The translations under genes were made by a program, and so were the position numbers. Below the pieces are notes generated by a model, which made no database searches, was not told where the DNA came from, and worked only from the letters and a program-made list of their open reading frames with translations. From positions 1 to 44,277 of IMG/VR virus record IMGVR_UViG_3300033076_000517: a stretch of 44,277 nt of DNA, one strand, 5' to 3'. The DNA comes from a virus. Its lineage: Duplodnaviria; Caudoviricetes. Below are positions 19,101-25,953 of the stretch, piece after piece (position 1 is the stretch's first letter; each line of letters begins with the position of its first letter).

Positions 19101-19794
19101 CGACAGCGTGATCCGCACCACGCAAGGCAGCACGTTGCCCGAGGATGTCAGCCGCATCGAGACGGGCAACGCCTTCGTGCGCATGTTCACCCAGTTCGGC
19201 GGCTACTTCAACATGCAGGCCAACCTGCTGGGCACCGAGTTCGCCAAGGTCGCGCGCGAGCTGGGCGTTAAGCAAGGCGCTGGCAAGATGCTCTACATCA
19301 CGTTGCTGGGCTTCTTGGCTCCGGCGTGGGTGGGCGAGGCCATCATGCAGGTGTTCCGTGGCGGGCCGGACGACGAGGACAAGGACGGCGAGTACCTCGA
19401 CGACTGGCTGGCCGCGATCTTCGGCTGGTCGACCCTGCGAGGCGTGACGGCCATGATCCCAGGCGTGGGCCAGACGATCAACGCAGGGGTGAACGCCTGG
19501 AACTCCAAGCCCTACGACGACCGCATGGGCAGCGCCCCTGCGATCTCGACGGTGGAGGCAGCCGTGCGCTCGCCCGCTTCGGTCTACAAGGCCGTTGTGG
19601 AGGATGGCAGCAGGCAAAAGGCCGTGCGCGATGTGGCAAGCCTCATCAGCGTGAGCACCGGCCTGCCTGCCACCGCTGTCGCCCGCCCGCTGGGTTATCT
19701 GGCTGGCATGTCCGACTCCAGCATCAACCCCACCAGCGGGGGCGACATGGCGCGCGGGCTTGCCACGGGCTACGCGAGCCCTGAAAGCAAGTGA
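10138..19794 (+). CDS. Giant ejection (gp16-position) large polyvalent protein with ART-like, HhH-GPD glycosylase-like and zincin metallopeptidase modules
   Basis: 3218 aa. WFGDSKVVDADGKPLVVYHGT (ART-PolyVal-like); GIQNKVLS..G..D..LDR; NDLFRAVHDAFGH; ADLSTFLHETGHFFL (HExxH). Confidence 0.85.
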   Translation: MADYEDQIAAFRTQSAAPEGDTYEDQIGSFRRQQSEEMGRLRASASLAAETTPERVAQQRRLSLSTGLPMEVVKTAEGEAKAIAKYNELAKLSQTSPVLRAKLQNPEFTALAQNDGEALSGIEKTMKVIGGTAGRVLAGGTVEVGATLMDFSGFVNDMISQAAKAGAPVVEGILPINPLGQIAEAAAGGAAKNRQQAKDARASIDYFLPEATNSTEAGLYSGAQSAGFNLATLPAAIEAAIVKGPQAAGQVMGAIAALATGSRSYNEARDKGLDPMGSITYAAPAAAAEYLFEKWAGGKFFDDVAARSPVMKMLLNNATREVFGEWGTTLTQNFNEWVRLNPEKTVREFISEQPEALYQTMIAALVGSGIQTGAMKGIQKLADRQNQSLVNIDEITKLQDMMRIAAGSDLLAKDPQTFKDYVQAVADGTEGAPKSVWVDGRVLQESLAQSGVTPEQLATILPSVQSQLAEGVSMNTPVEIPVGELATAAGTEIEKALMPHLRTSADGLSLTEAQQEQEQAQQYLQQEAQRIIGQAADQVQANAQAENVRQIIAEQLFATGRYSKDVADKGAKLVGDFYTVMAQRTGMTPDALYREVIDYKVRAQGQGALTQITPEQAMATNVKMEMPTDPTFAEAVGNTPGAQITERGLLIDLVRYQKPEQEGAQAIRTGVFYLPNGAATAKHYKGGKGGYGGAQAFTGETLIRRPLFVKGATGGKAPEVAYDQLKGKKAYNNMREDVLKVAVGWGKTEQQKVDGVREVLTKYNADPSLAAEIVRNSREGNQLPYAVQENIVAHAVREAGYDAVVGYSKGKSGANISEVFDVREQSFPARGMESEVHSVFDQAANGTTAYAADTITIDGKERPALNSNGQRIAATEEGLRNFWAWFGDSKVVDADGKPLVVYHGTDTGGFTSFYETGGEVRGDLGIFATSNREMAKTYVKRGRAQDLTAEQLGEDMPQVSGLYPVYMKIENPHEAFFEGAHWQGERPGKYQVENADGEVIYTEEGKAYFDSLVEAADFALENGGKIEPAADHFETTDGVVREARRYGNDGAIIHDVVDDGGGASAYIAEPSMVYVTFDPTHVKSATGNNGQFNPRDANVLHQTPASIPAWAREKSGTRITDKVKGMSIALAPKAALAERNYAKLDEIFKAVPDPLASEKDWRKFMSLLTGDSSVVGVPYRAFEYARNPQVLADYLKRMRPDQLESRRRGFALGAAIREQYTNGTATPQTTGRLLLWAMLSRKAGAYPHESAYMDLVNGGVDQWIDKAVRGDWTEQDGEAYARWSADYMATKKGGVSPGAGVTSNANDFGRILLAKMSAKGEDGRTLLTQLHDMMADPNVSTDQIRRAFFGLGDGLGIQNKVLSFAMLVTGRWDTLVLDRVQFTHLWGDEYKKRAGQNNIYDGNGGGLQPIGDGHFGIAVYEALDRGLRESVAQAYKLAGLEGQGDGTLGAFHWDSWLVESSQAIAHPTVEAIPEGGTPRPDLAVKQGKFDTYSHGFEYRADGQYQIPLLSGAGYRILSPAEAAEFANRLKEPKEGVVPNGFKVSEHKEHPWTEADGVDRERYDAVLAEYGRPADAADVAAAGLADASGSVQGSTASGLNRDRAGRYARGGLAPLAGAPSVAGAAGPDPRLVAVAERYARENGIDLKRQAEYVQVDPARAERIAAAYAAMEHAPQNPQVRAAYQNLIEQTLAQYRALEAAGYRFYLVDETNDPYGGNPWNAMRDLRANQVMGVFATEAGFGSGATDLNVEDNPLLADTGLRWPYGSLDGQPKRVLANDLFRAVHDAFGHGLEGAGFRAEGEENAWQAHVRLFTGSAVAAITSETRGQNSWLNYGPYGESNRAAKVEDTVFADQKTGLMPEWTWTEGRVADMPEQPVQQPDTLAQSEVPNKYQTAYLAGRDISQLTDEELGQYQALSDNAQPLEQPAGKGPRGTYDIASMTTVLNGTADLSTFLHETGHFFLDAIRRMVLSGNATPEVQAMYEQALKGLNVTPQQWEQWHEEYATTGKISDGMRAAHERWAESFELYLFSGQSPNPGTQSLFRTFAEWLKRVYTSMQQFATSKGLTMDADLKAVMDKMLATDEQIAEAEAIAGLLPDLDATGEAREKLNARSMRDLQWARNAVNKYIAKLQKEARGLRAEIEEEVRAELAKQPVFAALRFIKKGEATVDGEEIKATTGHKINTDALKEMYPETMLARPDLTKLKGLTNKEGLHPDVLADSFGFPSGDALIRALIEANLEAEVEGMTDQRMLERHGDLATPEAIAAAAVEAVHNEARAKSLATELAAQREMLGTRRDTGEQTANGAKRTVNVLVEAAKAFAQNVIGRRAVKGLKKAAWAHLQAERRAGKAWEAATAAGDTQAAVQAKQDQMLNNAAVRAAQEAQADVRAALDLFKKITKGNNEALVKRGFDPDVVNAARAILAAYGVTGPQSKSALEYLELVQKNDPAMYAAIQPSVVAALTNAKPFDELTVAEVGALKDEIESLWHLAKRSRQMEVDGNLLDREEVQDDLRADLEARGIPDAMPGDTSAITPQEQALRKLMVFRAAATRVENWAQNMGANFTKFVFQPIKEAADHCRAAKAEKVKALHALLKPIEGSLKKGEIKADELNGYVFGKDTSGVGMAEVLHALIHTGNDSNKRKLLLGRGWASENEDGTLNTSKWDAFIERMVQEGKLTQAHYDFAQGVWDLFESTKPLAQKTHRDVFGRYFAEVTANSFVDPFGITRRGGYAPAITDTRIVSDAATRSLMETENQSMAYAFPSTSKGFTVGRVEYNKPLLLDLRVLAQHLDKVLLFSYMESPVRDVRRVLSAKNVSYGLNRIDPVAFDNVITPWLNRAARQQVEAPIAGDAGLMRIFSAARNRAGMAAMFANVANAAQQLTGFAIAAVKVKPTYLMSAAAQMIAAPKQMIADVSAASVYMRERMENDVANAESAIRDILLDASVYEKAQQWSAKHAYFLQSAVDNAMGPVIWTGAFNQATEQGLSQKDAVRFADSVIRTTQGSTLPEDVSRIETGNAFVRMFTQFGGYFNMQANLLGTEFAKVARELGVKQGAGKMLYITLLGFLAPAWVGEAIMQVFRGGPDDEDKDGEYLDDWLAAIFGWSTLRGVTAMIPGVGQTINAGVNAWNSKPYDDRMGSAPAISTVEAAVRSPASVYKAVVEDGSRQKAVRDVASLISVSTGLPATAVARPLGYLAGMSDSSINPTSGGDMARGLATGYASPESK

Positions 19795-19795
19795 G

Positions 19796-19827
19796 GTGCG
19801 GATAAGCGCACCTTGCCCCCAGATAAT
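19796..19827 (+). promoter_or_regulatory. Putative late promoter (GTGCGGATAA-N16-GATAAT) for tail fibre and lysis genes
   Basis: Conserved motif and spacing shared with three other sites. Confidence 0.7.
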
Positions 19828-19850
19828 CCACGCAATTCACGGAGCCACCC

Positions 19851-22025
19851 ATGACCGTTTCCTCTACCACCCGAAAGGCTGGGCCGTTCACTGGCAACGG
19901 CTCCCAGACGGCCTTCCCGTTCAGCTTCAAGGTCTTCACCAAGAACGACATCGCGGTCACGCGCGCCAACACCTCCGGCGTCGAGACCGTGCTGGTGCTC
20001 GATTCTGACTACACCGTCACGCTCAACGCCAACCAAGACAGCTCCCCCGGGGGCACGGTCACGCTGGCCTCTGGCCTGACGCTTAACTTCAAGCTCTCGA
20101 TCACCGGGGCGATGGGCTACAGCCAGAACACCGACCTGCCCACGGGCGGTGCGTACAACGCGCAGAACGTGGAAGACGCGCTGGATCGCGTGGTGATCCT
20201 GACCCAGCAGCTCGAAGAGCAGTCCGCGCGCGCGCTGCAGGTTCCGGTGACCTCTTCGCTCACCTCCGATGAGTTGATCGCCGAGCTTGCCAGCGGCGCG
20301 GCCTCGGCCACCGCAGCCGCCTCTGCGGCCAGCGCGAGCGCCTCCAGCGCAAGCACCAGCGCAACCGCTGCGGCGGCAAGCGCAAGCACAGCGCAGAGCT
20401 ACGTCGGCAACATCATCCAGAACCCGATCCTGGGCGACGATGTGTTCAGCGGCAACGGCGCGACCACTGCCTTCACGCTCTCGCGCAACATGAGCACGGG
20501 CAACGAGACGGCCTTGCTGGTCACCAGCTCGGGCGTGACGCAAGCGCCCACGGCTGCCTACTCGGTCAGCGGCACCACGCTCACCTTCACCAGCGCGCCG
20601 CCTTCGGGCACGAGCAACATCCGGGTGCGCTACATCGGCGCGATGGCGGTCAATGCCGCATCGGCACAGACCTCGGCCACCAACGCCGCGAGCAGCGCCA
20701 GCGCTGCTGCGACATCGGCCAGTTCCGCATCGACCAGTGCGAGCAACGCCTCGACCAGCGCAACCAACGCCGCCAGCTCGGCCACGGCTGCCGCAGGCAG
20801 TGCGTCGAGCGCCAGCACCAGCGCCACCAACGCATCGAACAGCGCCAGCAGCGCGGCTACGCAAGCCACCAACGCGAGCAACTCGGCCACGGCTGCCGCA
20901 GGCAGCGCCACCAGCGCATCAAACAGCGCCACCAGCGCGGCCAGCAGCGCCACGGCTGCGTCGGGCTATCTGGCCCCTGTGGTGTCCACATCGAGCACCT
21001 CGTTGACAGTGGGCACGGGCTCGAAGTCTTTGACCGTTGAGACGGGCAAGCAGTGGGTGCCCGGCATGCCGATCAAGATTGCGGTCACCGCATCGCCCTC
21101 GACCAACTACATGACAGGCACGGTGACCAGCTACAACAGCGGCACCGGCGCGCTGGTGGTTGACGTCTCGGCTGTGGGTGGCAGTGGCACCTACAGCGCG
21201 TGGTCGCTGTCCATCGCAGGCGGCAGCGGAGGCGCAGCGCTGACCACCAAGATGCTGCGCGCCCGCTACCTGACCAGCGGCACGAGCTACACGCCCGCCT
21301 CCGATGTCAGCGCCTTCTACGCGCAGATTTACGGTGCCACGGGCGGGGCGAACGCAGGTAGCTTGGGTGGCATCGGCGGCCCGGGTTACTCAGAGAAGTA
21401 TTACCCCGCGCCCTCTGGCTCCTACACCTACAGCATCGGTGCGGGGGGCGCCCCCGGTACGGCAGGCGGCACCACGACCTTTGATGTGATGACCGTCACC
21501 GGCTCTGCGGGCGTGACCACTACGACCGGCGGTGCAGGTGGTGTGGGCTCGGGTGGTGACTTCAACGCCAGCGGCGGGGCGGGCGGCAACCGCGTGTCCA
21601 CCTCCTACGGGGGTAACGGCGGCGCGGGTTCCCGGGCAGGCAACGGCGGCACCGGCGGGGTTGACGGAGGGTCTGGCGGCCAAGGCGGCACCGGGGGCAA
21701 CAACGCCAGCGGAACCACGCCGGGTGGCTACGCAACAGCACCGAGTGGCAGCGCCATCGTCATGCCGTGGGGTGGCGCTTCCGAAGCGTTTTACGGCCTC
21801 GCCAACGGCGGTTTGGGGTATGGCGCAGTCGGCGTCCCGATCCTGAACAACAGCTACAGCTATCTGTACGGGCCGGGAATGTACTACTACACCGGGGTCA
21901 ACTACCCAGCGGTCGTTCCCGGCGGTATGGGCGGCTACACGCAGCCGTTTCCCCATGCAAGATACGGCAACGCTTCCACAAGCGGCTTGCCCGCCGTCAT
22001 CGTCATCATCGAGGTGCTCAAATGA
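19851..22025 (+). CDS. Tail fibre protein
   Basis: T7 gp17-like N-terminal anchor (GPFTGNGSQTAFPFSFKVF...EDALDR), Ala/Ser/Thr coiled-coil repeats, Gly-rich C-terminus. Confidence 0.85.
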   Translation: MTVSSTTRKAGPFTGNGSQTAFPFSFKVFTKNDIAVTRANTSGVETVLVLDSDYTVTLNANQDSSPGGTVTLASGLTLNFKLSITGAMGYSQNTDLPTGGAYNAQNVEDALDRVVILTQQLEEQSARALQVPVTSSLTSDELIAELASGAASATAAASAASASASSASTSATAAAASASTAQSYVGNIIQNPILGDDVFSGNGATTAFTLSRNMSTGNETALLVTSSGVTQAPTAAYSVSGTTLTFTSAPPSGTSNIRVRYIGAMAVNAASAQTSATNAASSASAAATSASSASTSASNASTSATNAASSATAAAGSASSASTSATNASNSASSAATQATNASNSATAAAGSATSASNSATSAASSATAASGYLAPVVSTSSTSLTVGTGSKSLTVETGKQWVPGMPIKIAVTASPSTNYMTGTVTSYNSGTGALVVDVSAVGGSGTYSAWSLSIAGGSGGAALTTKMLRARYLTSGTSYTPASDVSAFYAQIYGATGGANAGSLGGIGGPGYSEKYYPAPSGSYTYSIGAGGAPGTAGGTTTFDVMTVTGSAGVTTTTGGAGGVGSGGDFNASGGAGGNRVSTSYGGNGGAGSRAGNGGTGGVDGGSGGQGGTGGNNASGTTPGGYATAPSGSAIVMPWGGASEAFYGLANGGLGYGAVGVPILNNSYSYLYGPGMYYYTGVNYPAVVPGGMGGYTQPFPHARYGNASTSGLPAVIVIIEVLK
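20645..20960 (+). repeat. Ala/Ser/Thr/Asn heptad-like repeats in the tail fibre stalk
   Basis: Repeats such as SATNAASSATAAAGS; 24-nt exact repeat CTCGGCCACGGCTGCCGCAGGCAG at 20777 and 20882 (105 nt apart). Confidence 0.8.
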
Positions 22026-22240
22026 TCGCAGCAAAACTGGATGCCGATGGCATCGTCCTGAACACCATCGTCGTGGACGAAGTGCCAGACGGCTACGTTG
22101 CCTGCCCCGAGTGGGTGGGCATCGGCATGGACATCAACACGCCAGAGCCTGAACCCTTGCCCGAGGCGCCCGCCGACCCGGTCGCCAAGCTCAAAGACTT
22201 CCTCACAGCCAACCCCGACGTGGCGGCCATCCTCGTTTAA
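22022..22240 (+). CDS. Probable tail fibre assembly chaperone
   Basis: ATGA overlap with the fibre stop; MIAAKLDADGIVLNTIVVD...VGIG..PEP pattern; RBS GAGG. Confidence 0.6.
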   Translation: MIAAKLDADGIVLNTIVVDEVPDGYVACPEWVGIGMDINTPEPEPLPEAPADPVAKLKDFLTANPDVAAILV

Positions 22241-22262
22241 CACAGAAAGGTAGGGCCGATGC

Positions 22263-22637
22263 GTGCCGATCACCAAAGTTCCATACGTCATGAGCGACAG
22301 CGCCAGCGGCATCGGTTATCAGACCGGTGACGGGGGTACTGTCACCCAGCTCACCAGCAAGAGCACGGGCGTAACGCTCAACAAAGCCAGCGGGCAGATC
22401 ACGATGAACAGCGCCGCGCTTGCGGCCAACACCGAGGTGGGTTTCACCCTGAGCAACTCGCTGCTCAATGCCACAGACATCGTGCTGGTGCAGATCAACA
22501 ACGCGGGCAACTACGACGTGCGTGCAACCGATCAGGCGGTCGGCTCGGCGATCATTCGGGTGAAGAACTTGACGGCAGGCTCGCTCACCGATGCGTGCCT
22601 CATCAACTTCGCCATCATCAAGGGAGCGAACGCCTGA
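22263..22637 (+). CDS. Conserved small virion/structural protein
   Basis: GIGYQTGDGGTVTQLTSKSTGVTLNK..GQITM beta-rich motif common in phage late regions. Confidence 0.6.
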   Translation: MPITKVPYVMSDSASGIGYQTGDGGTVTQLTSKSTGVTLNKASGQITMNSAALAANTEVGFTLSNSLLNATDIVLVQINNAGNYDVRATDQAVGSAIIRVKNLTAGSLTDACLINFAIIKGANA

Positions 22638-22807
22638 TGACCGAAACCGAAGCAAGACTGAACAGCCACGAGGCTGTGTGCGCCGAGCGCTACGACCAGA
22701 TCAACGCGCGCTTGAAGCGCTTGGAAGGCATTTTGATGAAGGCCAGCGGCGTGATGCTGGTGTCAATGGCGGGGGTGATCTACGCCTCCTTGGTTCACGC
22801 AAAGTAA
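22637..22807 (+). CDS. Small membrane protein (XhlA-like/holin-associated)
   Basis: MTETEARLNSHEAVCAERY..I..RL.RLE plus a C-terminal TM segment; TGATG coupling. Confidence 0.6.
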   Translation: MTETEARLNSHEAVCAERYDQINARLKRLEGILMKASGVMLVSMAGVIYASLVHAK

Positions 22808-22821
22808 GAAGGAAAACCACC

Positions 22822-22989
22822 ATGAAAAACTACCTCCTCCAGCGCGCCCAAGAGCCCTCCACATGGCGCGGCGTGACGCTGCTGCTCACCGCCCTGGGCG
22901 TGCCGCTGGCCCCGGCGCTGGCCGAGCAGATCGTCACCGTGGGCTTAGGCGTTGCGGGCCTGATCGGCGTGCTCTCCGCTGACCAGTGA
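22822..22989 (+). CDS. Holin
   Basis: MKNYLLQRAQEPSTWRG plus two hydrophobic segments; RBS AAGGA; precedes endolysin. Confidence 0.7.
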   Translation: MKNYLLQRAQEPSTWRGVTLLLTALGVPLAPALAEQIVTVGLGVAGLIGVLSADQ

Positions 22990-23417
22990 TGCACCTGACC
23001 CCGCACTTCACGCTCGATGAGCTCACCATCACCGAGCACCGCAAGCTCGACAACACGCCCGATGCGCTCTCCCTTGAGAACTTGAAGCGGCTGGCCGACT
23101 TCTTGGAGCAGGTCAAGGCGGTGCTGGGCGGCAAGCCTGTGCTGGTCAATTCGGCCTACCGCAGCCCGGCGGTGAACGCAGCCGTGGGCAGCAAGCCCAC
23201 CAGCCAGCACACCATCGGCTGCGCGGCAGACATCCGGGTGCCGGGCATGAGCCCTGATGAGGTCGTGCGCAAGGTGATCGCCAGTGGCATCGGCTACGAC
23301 CAAGTGATCCGCGAGTTCGACCGCTGGACGCACCTGAGCATCCCCAACACGGTGGCCGACTACCCGCGCCGTCAGGCGCTCATCATCGACCGAAACGGGA
23401 CGCGAGCCTTCGCCTGA
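22986..23417 (+). CDS. Endolysin, peptidase M15A family
   Basis: LTPHFTLDEL...SAYRSPAVNAAVG...SQHTIGCAADI...WTHLS zinc-peptidase motifs. Confidence 0.88.
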   Translation: MMHLTPHFTLDELTITEHRKLDNTPDALSLENLKRLADFLEQVKAVLGGKPVLVNSAYRSPAVNAAVGSKPTSQHTIGCAADIRVPGMSPDEVVRKVIASGIGYDQVIREFDRWTHLSIPNTVADYPRRQALIIDRNGTRAFA

Positions 23418-23976
23418 AGGCCCACAGCGGCTTCGTGTGGGCGGGGGCAGGGGTGGCCCTTGGTGGCTCCTCCCCGAGCGCATAGGCGCGCTCGTTGGCC
23501 GCTGCGCCCCCGGCGGCGAGCTCCTCGTAGGCGGCAGCGAGCTGCGCCTTGAGCAGTTTGATCTGGCGCTGGTAGTTGGGGATCATCTGGCGCAAGTACC
23601 AGAACCCCAGCAGGTCGCCCCCGTTCAACCCGTACTTGTAGCCGGGGCCGTGCAGCCGCCCGGTCTCGCCCACCTTCCAGTCGCGCCACATCCCGCACTC
23701 GATCATGTGGTAGGTCTGACCGGCCAAGGATTCCAGCGCCACCATCATGGCTTGGCTGGGGATGACCTCCTGCTTTTTCCAGCGGTGGATGGTGACCCGC
23801 GAGACCCCGAGCGCGCGCTCGATCTGGGCCTCGCCCAGCTGCTCAATCAATTCGAGCACGCGCCACTTGGCGTGGATGTCCCGGCGCTTTTTGACGTTGT
23901 TGTCGGGGGTGGTTTTGACGTGGCTCTTTAGCATTTGCGCAGTCTGACTTAAGCAGATGGTAAACGCAACCCTCAC
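23383..23976 (-). CDS. HTH + DUF3653-like protein, putative Xer activation factor (XafT-like); start uncertain (23976 GTG or 23934 ATG)
   Basis: HTH: AQIERALGVSRVTIHRWKK. DUF3653-like: WRDWKVGETGRLHGPGYKYGLNGGDLLGFWYLRQ, then a coiled coil. Adjacent to the dif-like site. Confidence 0.65.
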   Translation of the reverse strand: MRVAFTICLSQTAQMLKSHVKTTPDNNVKKRRDIHAKWRVLELIEQLGEAQIERALGVSRVTIHRWKKQEVIPSQAMMVALESLAGQTYHMIECGMWRDWKVGETGRLHGPGYKYGLNGGDLLGFWYLRQMIPNYQRQIKLLKAQLAAAYEELAAGGAAANERAYALGEEPPRATPAPAHTKPLWAFRRRLASRFGR

Positions 23977-24100
23977 CTAACCTACTGCGCATAATGTATA
24001 TTCGGGTTTCGATTTTGCTAAAGCGCGCCCGAGGCTTGGTGGTTGCACGTTGCCTCGGGTTTCGCTCATGCTCAACTCAAGGCTTTAGCAGATTGCTACA
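23927..24100. promoter_or_regulatory. Cluster of operator-like boxes (TTTAGC-N4-GCTAAA family) flanking attP
   Basis: 23927 TTTAGCATTTGCGCAG; 23949 TTAAGCAGATGGTAAA; 24007 half site ending GCTAAA; 24084 TTTAGCAGATTGCTACA. Confidence 0.55.
23984..24011 (+). other. dif-like attP site (XerC arm and central hexamer intact, XerD arm degenerate)
   Basis: ACTGCGCATAA-TGTATA-TTCGGGTTTCG vs E. coli dif GGTGCGCATAA-TGTATA-TTATGTTAAAT: 17 contiguous identical nt; arms 9/11 and 4/11. Confidence 0.75.
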
Positions 24101-24296
24101 GCCCGCGCATGTTGTCAAGCAGCCTGCGCATGTGGTCAAGCAGCTTCCCGGTGATGGGCCTGCTCTCGGGCGGCAATGCTTCAAGCCGCTCGAGCAGCTC
24201 GTCCCACGCGCGGGCCTTGGCTTCCATCAGGATGTAGTCGTCGACCGCCTTCTGGATCGGGTCGGCGTAGCACACGGTGAAGGCGGGCGGGTTCAT
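24096..24296 (-). CDS. Hypothetical protein
   Basis: ATGA-coupled to the upstream gene; last gene of the - strand operon before attP. Confidence 0.6.
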   Translation of the reverse strand: MNPPAFTVCYADPIQKAVDDYILMEAKARAWDELLERLEALPPESRPITGKLLDHMRRLLDNMRGL

Positions 24297-24568
24297 CGCT
24301 CGACCCCTTCAAGCCGGTCGGCCACGAGCTTCGCGTAGCCCGCAATGTCCACCCAGCTGTCGGCGTAGTTCGGGTCGCCGTTGATGATGCGTCCCAGCTT
24401 GTGGGCGATCATCTCCAAGCACTCCTTCTGGTCATCCGCAAGGCGATCCCACTTCTCCCCCATCTTTGCGCGAAATACCGCCTTCAGGGTCTGGGTCACC
24501 TCTGCGTGCCCGGTGAACTTCCCGTATCGGCTGCCGCGCTCGGTGAGGGTCTCGATGATGTCGGTCAT
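24293..24568 (-). CDS. DUF6378-like conserved phage protein
   Basis: TLTERGSRYGKF...KLGRIINGDPNYADSWVDIAGYAKLV. Confidence 0.7.
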   Translation of the reverse strand: MTDIIETLTERGSRYGKFTGHAEVTQTLKAVFRAKMGEKWDRLADDQKECLEMIAHKLGRIINGDPNYADSWVDIAGYAKLVADRLEGVER

Positions 24569-25953
24569 GTCTTTCCTTTCATAGCTTCCAACAAAATGTC
24601 TTGCACGCTGCGCTTGGTCTCATGCCGCAGGATGACCTGCTCGTCCACGGTGCCCTTGGCAACGATGTAGTGGATGAACACCGGGCGATTATTACCGGCC
24701 TGCATCTGGCGCACGGGCCCGATGCGCTCGACCATCTGGTCGTGATATTCCAGCGCCCACCAGTGCGAGAAGAACGCGATCACGTTGGTCACATTCTGCA
24801 GGCCATCAACGCCGTGGCCGAGGCTTTGCGGGTGCGCGATCCCCAGCGGTGACTTGCCCGCCCGGAACTTTGCCATGCCCTCCACGGTGGCGAGGTCGAC
24901 CGCCTTGGGGAACGCCTTGAGGATGCGCTCGCGGTCACTGATGAAGTGATACGCGCACAGCACCGGCACGTCGGACTCCTCGACGATCTCTTCGAGCGCC
25001 TGCAGCTTCTCGTCGTGAACCTTCGCCCAGCTGTCGTCCTTGGGGTCAGGGCTGGTGTAGACCGCACCGCTCGCCAGCTGCAGCAGCTTCTGGCTCTTCG
25101 AGGCCGCGCTCACGGCTTCGATCTGGTGGTCGCCGATCTCGGTGTAGAAGTCTTTTTGCATCTCCTTGTACTTCGCCATCACCGCCTTGGGCAGCGTCAC
25201 CTGCACCTTGTTGATGACGGGCTTCTCAAGGTCGAACCAGTCGGCGGGGTCGAGCGTCAGGCAGATGTCGGCGAGGCGCTCCTGTATCTGGGCCTGCGCG
25301 AAGGGCAGGGCCACCGTCTGGGTGTAGTTGCCATCGCCCGGCATGGCTTGAAACCAGCGATCCATGAAGGCGGTGTAAGTGCGCCCGAGGCGCTTGCCCT
25401 CATCCAAGAACCACGTCTGCCCCCAGAGGTCTTGCAGGCCATTGGAGGCCGGTGTGCCGGTGAGGTTGACCCAGCGGCGCACCTTCGTGTGCGCAACACG
25501 GGCCAGCGCCTGCGCGCGGATGCCGCCTTGCCGGAGCCTAAAGCTCTTGAGCTTGGTGGACTCGTCGGCGATCACGTTGCGAAAGGGCCAGCGCTCGCCC
25601 AGCTCCTCCACCAGCCACGGCACCTGCTCGTAGTTGATCGAGTAGACATGCGACTTGCGCCGCAGCGCGGCCTTGCGCTGGGCCAGATCGCCGACGATGG
25701 GCACCACGTCGAAGCCTTCGAGGTGCGTCCACTTGGTGGGCTCCTCCGGCCATGTGTCGCGGGCCACGCGCAGGGGTGCGAGCACCAGCGTGGGGTCGGA
25801 CTCGCCGACCACGTTGTAGAGGATGTCCAGCACGTTCAGGCTGGTCACCGTCTTGCCCATCCCCATGCCCGCCCACAACGCGCAGCGCGGGTTGTTGGCG
25901 AGGTGCTGTGCCCCGATGATCTGGTAGGGGCGAGGGGTGAACGGCTTACGCAC
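24565..25953 (-). CDS. SNF2-family (SF2) helicase
   Basis: PRPYQ, GMGMGKT (Walker A), IADES, NLTGTP, HPQSLGHGVDGLQ, ERIGP.RQ; start GTG 25953. Confidence 0.9.
   Translation of the reverse strand: MRKPFTPRPYQIIGAQHLANNPRCALWAGMGMGKTVTSLNVLDILYNVVGESDPTLVLAPLRVARDTWPEEPTKWTHLEGFDVVPIVGDLAQRKAALRRKSHVYSINYEQVPWLVEELGERWPFRNVIADESTKLKSFRLRQGGIRAQALARVAHTKVRRWVNLTGTPASNGLQDLWGQTWFLDEGKRLGRTYTAFMDRWFQAMPGDGNYTQTVALPFAQAQIQERLADICLTLDPADWFDLEKPVINKVQVTLPKAVMAKYKEMQKDFYTEIGDHQIEAVSAASKSQKLLQLASGAVYTSPDPKDDSWAKVHDEKLQALEEIVEESDVPVLCAYHFISDRERILKAFPKAVDLATVEGMAKFRAGKSPLGIAHPQSLGHGVDGLQNVTNVIAFFSHWWALEYHDQMVERIGPVRQMQAGNNRPVFIHYIVAKGTVDEQVILRHETKRSVQDILLEAMKGKT

Noticed and set aside
16249-19617. Very long antisense ORFs (also 2335-4161, 4872-6743, 7429-9069, 12637-14784, 41749-43449)
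   Set aside because: Shadow frames of high-GC3 genes on the opposite strand; no motifs or RBS.
20645-20960. Tail fibre repeats as a phase-variation or shufflon system
   Set aside because: In-frame coiled-coil repeats only; no invertase or inverted crossover sites.
19851-23417. Diversity-generating retroelement as in BPP-1
   Set aside because: No reverse transcriptase or avd-like gene, and no template/variable repeat pair with adenine-specific mismatches seen. The 715/43834 repeats differ at mixed, mostly synonymous positions.
23985-24016. dif-like site being only a fifth late promoter (CTGCGCATAA-N16-GATTTT)
   Set aside because: The hexamer is poor and no credible + strand gene follows, whereas the dif match extends through TGTATATT and the xaf-like gene is adjacent. 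A dual role is not excluded.
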